In this document: in pieces, positions 58,610-64,000 of the stretch | Layout of the letters: the number at the start of each line of letters is the position of its first letter | Numbering within the stretch: the stretch's first letter is position 1 | From: Tubiluchus corallicola | Taxonomy: Eukaryota > Animalia > Priapulida | Assembly: GCA_030141605.1 (NCBI GenBank) | Contig: JAQGDQ010000580.1 | Span: forward strand, 62,001 to 126,000 | DNA: 64,000 bases | Reading direction: 5' to 3' | Notes under the pieces: model-generated | The model's database searches: none | What the model saw: only the letters and a program-made list of their open reading frames with translations | What the model was told of the DNA's origin: nothing | Program-made: the position numbers and the translations under genes

Positions 58610-61600
58610 CTATAAAATGAAAGACAACAATAAACATTTGGCTGTCTAAAGCTGTTAGCTGACCATAAGTATATATTATGTACTACTAACAGATTATGTA
58701 TATGCAGACAGCAGGTAGAGCAGAAAAACAACTATTGTTCAATTCTACCAAAACAACTATTGTTCATGTTTATAATAATAAGTTAGGCGTATTCTTAACA
58801 ATTTATAGGTATTCACACCTAAAAGCCTACTTTGTGCAAATTTCTAAGCTTCCAAAGGTATTTTAATATCAGATCATGGCAACAAGTTTTAAAGGTGATC
58901 TATAAAATAAAAAACATCTAGTAGCAATACTGAATAAAAGTGTGACATAGCAGTTTCAATCACACTAGCAGACAACAAGACGTTGCTGTCAAGTTACCTG
59001 AAATTTGTTCTCGACTATAGTCTGGAACTGCTTTTTTTGTTGTCGAGTGAGACCAGCTTGTTTAACTGATGCTTGCCAGACATTAATCTGCTCCTCACGT
59101 TGAGCAACAACAGTAGCAAACTCATCTGGCAAACTTCCAGGGATTACCTAAAAAGACATTTCAAGTGGAAAAATTGATTTACATTATAACGGTTATTGGA
59201 CAAGGAAGATTCAATGTCATGCTGGGCCAGGTTTGAAAAACATTCTGAAAAAAAGCAGTAAAGTTTTTGTCCTCTCTTAAGCCAGCCTACCACTTTTACC
59301 AGCTTACAACTTACCAGAGAAAGAATAATTACTAAATTTACCAGCAAGATCAAATACTGACAAAAATGGAGTGCATTTTTGAGAGTCTATCAAGCTAGAG
59401 AGGCTAAGCAGTTAATAAGTGTTATGGACAGACTTTACACAGACAACCATACACAATCAGTTGAAACAACTAAATTTACGAGCTGGCATCATTTACAACG
59501 TTACAATACCGTATTAACCAGCAAACAAATATTTACAAACTTGCCTTTGTTTGTCCAGGCATTTCAAACGGAATACTGAATAGGTAAAAATTTTTAGGAT
59601 CCATGATTCTCCAAACACTGCCATCTACTTTGTAGTCCTTATCTAAAATGCCAAATTTGCAAGTAAGTTAAGCCCTTCATTAAAATGCAGATATTACACA
59701 GCTTCCCTATCTATAATAGCTTTAATTCAACAAATTTTCTGCAATGAAATAGGAAGGTCAAATAATTATGAAGAAAAGCCTTTGCAGAGTAATTAAACCC
59801 TTATCTAGAAGTAATTAACAGTCTAGGCCACTCTGGGACAAAAGGAATCTAGTGTGCTGAATGACAGAAGTAAATCAATCATGGACTTTTTAGTGAATGG
59901 AAAAGAGATTACAAGGAAAATTGCTTATGAATAGTTTCACCCGACAGACTACCTCCAACCATTTCTCACATCAAGGGAGGTTGTGCAAGCGCCCTGCCAA
60001 TTTACCTTGATGATTAGCTAGATTCTGACCAAGTCAAGACCACCAACAAAGCAAATACGTACTGCCATTGAGTGCTAGACACCGACTAAATGCCGTGTCC
60101 ATGTGCCAAACAGTTATAAAAACATCTTTATAAAGGAAAAAAATAACCGAGCTCTGCATGTACGACATAATGCAAACAGAAAGTACAATAACATTTAATT
60201 CTGCTAAAGTTTTGTCAAGCCTAGTGCTGCTATTGTTAAATCTATTTTCAGTAACTCAATCAAATAAGAACTTCAGTAGTATCATACAGAATACAGTAGT
60301 ACAAGCATTTCACCTACCAATGCTATATATACAGTTCCACAAATTTGGTTTTGTAGACAAGCCCAGAGTTCGCATATGTTCTTCCAATTGTGCATAAAAT
60401 GAGTGGTAAGGTGCTATAATCACATCTGAGCAATTAGGCAAGACCATGGGTCGATTTTGTGACATAACATGCACTATGCATGACGATGTCGAGCTGAAAC
60501 AGCATGATTTAATAAATGAAATGCAGATAATAAAATTTTGTCATTTTAGTATTTTATTGGCATCAACTTAGTGCAAATTTTAACTCAGTTCCTGCACTCT
60601 TGTTCTATCTATTTTCCTTGTCACACTGAAATTTTTCAAGTGCCACTGTCGACCGGTCGCCCAGCTTATACTAACTTTTTGAAGTTCAGTGTTCCCTCAC
60701 TTATCACGGGTGTTCCGTTCCAGGCCCACCCGCGATAAGTGAATTTCCGGGAAGTAGGGACGCTATACTTATTTTATACTTGTACTATAATCAACCAATC
60801 GTGTGTTGTGTACGATCTCACGTCGGCAAGTAGCATCTCAAGCGGGCGCAAGTACTACGTTTCGTTTTTGGTGTGTATTCATCCGCCGAATAAATACACT
60901 ATTTACTGTAATATGAAAAATAAAAACAATTTACAGATTCATAGATTGACTAGCTTTGATTTAAGACTTAACCCAGTTTGTATCTATCACATCAAGTGAG
61001 CCCAAACTAAAACATAGAAAGATACAGAAATCATTTATTGATTATTAACTATAACCCCATCAAGAAGGTATGTTAGTTTGTCACTTAGTTAGTTAGCTAG
61101 TTACTTAGTTAGCTAGTTAATAACAAAGTTACGCAAAAACTTCTTCACCAACTGTCATAAAACTTTGTTAAGGGGTGAAGAATGTCACAGAGAAGAATGC
61201 TTTCAATTTCGGCACAGTTCAAGGTCATCCAGGAGGAATGGGGAGGTGGTGAAAACTGCCAATGACGAACACCATGTTGAGAAAACGTTTGTGTAGTGCT
61301 TGACAGGTGTCTTGGGAAACAGATTTATGCTTAGGAAAAAAGAGGAACTGGGCTATAATATACACTTTTTTCTAAACACGATCAACAGAACGACTGACAG
61401 CAAATTATTTCCGGGTACTATTTAAAAAAATGATTTATGCTTAGGAAAAAAGAGGAACTGGGCTATAATATACACTTTTTTCTAAACACGATCAACAGAA
61501 CGACTGACAGCAAATTATTTCCGGGTACTATTTAAAAAAATTCTAACTTGGAAGCAACAGTAATGCACACCCATTGTGGTAATATCATCAATTATACTAT

Positions 61601-64000
61601 ACCCAAAACCTTCGCTCAGTCTATATGTAAAAATGCCATATTTCACGTAAGAAACCAGAACAATTATTACTGATGACTTCTTAACCTAGCAGCTGTGTAG
61701 TTCACTAAAGTTTACTCGGTGGGCCTTGGCAGAAGTCTGCTCTCTACTGAGTGTCCTTCTAGTTGATAATTAGTTAATGATACCTCATTTAAAAAAGCCA
61801 AGACTGCTCTTAGGGAAGAGTACGGTCGACTTATCAATCTACGTAGCAGGGTAAAATCCAAGAAAAGTAAAAAAATCTGTCCATATGTAGCTATACCAGG
61901 TATATCAGATTTTATTATTTTAGCAGCTTTTTTAATTTCTTTCCTTACACTAAAATTTAACGTACTTGCTATAGTAATTAAAAATACCTAACAATAAGCT
62001 GCCTACAGACTGCGATAATTTTGATACTGCTGCAACTGGTAACTTGTACAACTGTTTCCACAGCGCCCAGTACAATAGTTGAATTTCGACATTTCTGTAC
62101 TATCACTGACCTAAAAGAACAAATTATGCTTTCAGTGCAATAAATTTGGAAATTTTCTCTAACAAGCTAACATATACATATAGGGCTAACCAAAGAGAAA
62201 CATGGGGCTATTATAGTATAATTTAACTTAAAAAGCTAAAAACTGAAACTGTTAAACATCTAAAATACTGTTAAAGGCAAATCATAGCAAAAATAAAACA
62301 AGAAGACGTTTTAGCATTTTGGGGACTTTTAAAAATTTTACTGTTACCTTTTCTAAAAATACATCTGTTTGTCACTTAATACATAACTGATGTCTGTTAA
62401 ACATATCAGTTCTGGTATAATTTTAATTAGCACACAAATGTTAATAAAGTAATGGTTAAACACACTAACCTCATAGGGGCTAAAAGATATATAAATGAAT
62501 TGTTGCATCTGTGAACCTTGACACTAGCACTTCGTAATGTGCTACCCATCTGTTAAGACAAAACAGAAATGGAAAATGGCTTATTAACTAGACACCAAAT
62601 TTTAAACTGCAAACAATAATTGACAAAAGCAACTGCTTTTTCTAAACATTTAAAAAAGACATTTTATTTACATATGAAAACAATAAGCAGAAACAGTTCT
62701 GTATTTTTTTCTAAATTTTATAAACACTCTGTAAAATACTGCTGAATTTGGATTTGACACTGAGAATAGAATTACAGAATCAAATTTCCTGATACTGCCC
62801 ACTTTGGGATGACAGAAAAATTTCGCATTAGGCAAGTTTGGGATTATAATGAGGTGCACTGATACATACATGTCTGCGCAAATATAAGATTGGGCATTCA
62901 GGCGGCGAGATTAGCATTATAATGAGGGTTGAATGTAAAGTAGTTGTTCACGGGAAGAACAATTACTAGAAATATTATGCTCTCATTAGTACAATAATCT
63001 AAAATCTTGTCATAATTTCACTTACTCTTCCAATAGTCCTTTTGCAAAGTTGTGAGAGAATCACAGTCTTGTACCTATATTGAAAAAATAATACAAAGTC
63101 AGTTCAAGGTTAAAAATAAAAATATCCAGAAAAAATATAGTAAATGGGTAAAACAGTTATCTTCCAGTCTACATATCAATTCAACAAAGACCTCAATTTT
63201 GAGCAAAAAAGTCCTTGTGAACAATGTTGGTTAAAATCGTTTTTTACCAAGCAGTGCTGTAAAAATTACAGTCACATTTTGCAATCTGCACATCTATTAC
63301 CTAATATAGAGGACATATGCAAGCAAGATCGGCAACAGTGCATGTGGTCCATTATTACGCTCATTTTGTTCTGACAGATCCAAGTACAGACAGGGAAACA
63401 GTTGGTACCTATTCGAAAATATCTAATATGGCCTTGCATGAGAACAAACCCACAAACCTCACAAATTAAAAGCATGCATGCAACCAAAATTATCTAACTA
63501 ATTAAAAGAGAACCTTGACTAAACATACCTTTTAATACACATCTTTTTAAAGATAAGATAAAAATGTAATTAACATCTATATCAGCACATGAATCATGCA
63601 AAAATATTCATAATAAAGACACGAAGTACACACATGAAGCACACATACTTACTTCGGTGGAGCATAGTTTTCATTTGAAACAAGCCGAGCTCCAGGTACG
63701 GCAGGAAGGATACTATTGTCAACAGCTGATGCATCTAAATTATAAAGAATGACATAATTTAAATTATGCATCACAAATTAGGGAAGAATTTTTATTTCAT
63801 AAAGTAAAATAAGCAAATATATCACTAAGTTTCTTTGTAATTCCCTTCGAATCGAAATCACAATAACATGAATGCAAAAGATAACCATATCCATCCAGTA
63901 ATGTTAATATGTCTTGAAATCACCATTTGTTAAATAATAAACAAGCAAGAGGTTAAATACAATTAGCAAAATGTATATATTCTTACCGCCTAAAGGCCAA
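58514..64000 (-). CDS. TBCCD1: TBCC domain-containing protein 1, 3' part (9 exons; 5' part lies beyond the window)
   Basis: The spliced translation ...VKVHRCNNSFIYLLAPMRSVIVQKCRNSTIVLG...IAPYHSFY...LEEHM...PNLWN...FSIPFEM...IPGSLP...KQFQTIVENKFQEWLVETGHKKELDGLV matches the TBCCD1 C-CAP/cofactor-C domain and C-terminus as recalled. CRQLI lacks the TBCC/RP2 catalytic Arg, as expected for TBCCD1. Confidence 0.93.
58998..59147 (-). CDS. TBCCD1: TBCCD1 exon (150 nt)
   Basis: VIPGSLPDEFATVVAQREEQINVWQASVKQAGLTRQQKKQFQTIVENKFQ. Confidence 0.93.
59545..59642 (-). CDS. TBCCD1: TBCCD1 exon (98 nt) with GC donor
   Basis: DKDYKVDGSVWRIMDPKNFYLFSIPFEMPGQTK followed by AAG|GCAAGT. Confidence 0.9.
60318..60493 (-). 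CDS. TBCCD1: TBCCD1 exon (176 nt)
   Basis: STSSCIVHVMSQNRPMVLPNCSDVIIAPYHSFYAQLEEHMRTLGLSTKPNLWNCIYSI. Confidence 0.92.
60687..60915 (+). mobile_element. Tigger/pogo-like transposon end fragment
   Basis: CAGTGTTCCCTCACTTATCACGGG...CCACCCGCGATAAGTGAATTTCCG is a Tigger-type terminus with an internal palindrome. The same first 15 nt recur at 877-891. Confidence 0.6.
61050..61764 (+). mobile_element. Non-autonomous Helentron-type (HINE/DINE-1-like) element
   Basis: A degenerate 5' subTIR, (TAGT)n microsatellite, TTACGCAAAAAC core and 3' end CCTTGGCAGAAGTCTGCTCTCTACTGAGTGTCCTTCTAGTT. Confidence 0.65.
61322..61541. repeat. Perfect 110-bp tandem duplication
   Basis: 61322-61431 is identical to 61432-61541. 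Confidence 0.95.
61988..62110 (-). CDS. TBCCD1: TBCCD1 exon (123 nt)
   Basis: SVIVQKCRNSTIVLGAVETVVQVTSCSSIKIIAVCRQLIVS. Confidence 0.93.
62470..62549 (-). CDS. TBCCD1: TBCCD1 exon (80 nt)
   Basis: MGSTLRSASVKVHRCNNSFIYLLAPMR. Confidence 0.93.
63026..63074 (-). CDS. TBCCD1: TBCCD1 exon (49 nt)
   Basis: KYKTVILSQLCKRTIGR; GTAAGT donor. Confidence 0.87.
63653..63734 (-). CDS. TBCCD1: TBCCD1 exon (82 nt)
   Basis: DASAVDNSILPAVPGARLVSNENYAPP; GTAAGT donor. Confidence 0.82.
63987..64000 (-). CDS. TBCCD1: TBCCD1 exon truncated by the window edge
   Basis: WPLG followed by G|GTAAGA, a phase-1 donor compatible with the next exon. Confidence 0.65.

Overview
AT-rich, intron-rich animal genomic DNA, most likely from an invertebrate bilaterian (the GRK PH domain is protostome-like). 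It is not prokaryotic, and almost all ORF-track entries are spurious. Two spliced genes lie on the minus strand. (1) A complete 20-exon G protein-coupled receptor kinase of the GRK2/3 (beta-ARK, Drosophila Gprk1) subfamily runs from ATG at 56514 to TGA at 7855. The CDS is 2097 nt (698 aa) with RH, kinase and PH domains, and all introns are GT-AG and phase-consistent. (2) The last nine exons of TBCCD1 run from 64000 to TGA at 58514 and include one GC-AG intron. Introns and flanks are full of transposon relics: a Merlin/MULE-like MITE with a 9-bp TSD, deleted Tc1/mariner and hAT-Charlie elements, CR1/L2 and RTE LINE fragments, tRNA-derived SINE heads and a Helentron-type HINE. The best leads are: an apparently ORF1-only non-autonomous LINE with an intact 3' stem-loop and (TCAA)n tail; a 51-bp-arm hairpin in the likely GRK 3' UTR whose mismatches favour G-U pairs in the mRNA sense; a candidate in-frame poison or terminal exon in the 18-kb GRK intron 3; and two degenerate hammerhead-like relics. 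I cannot establish a new biological system from sequence alone. Comparisons with known proteins are from memory, not from database searches.
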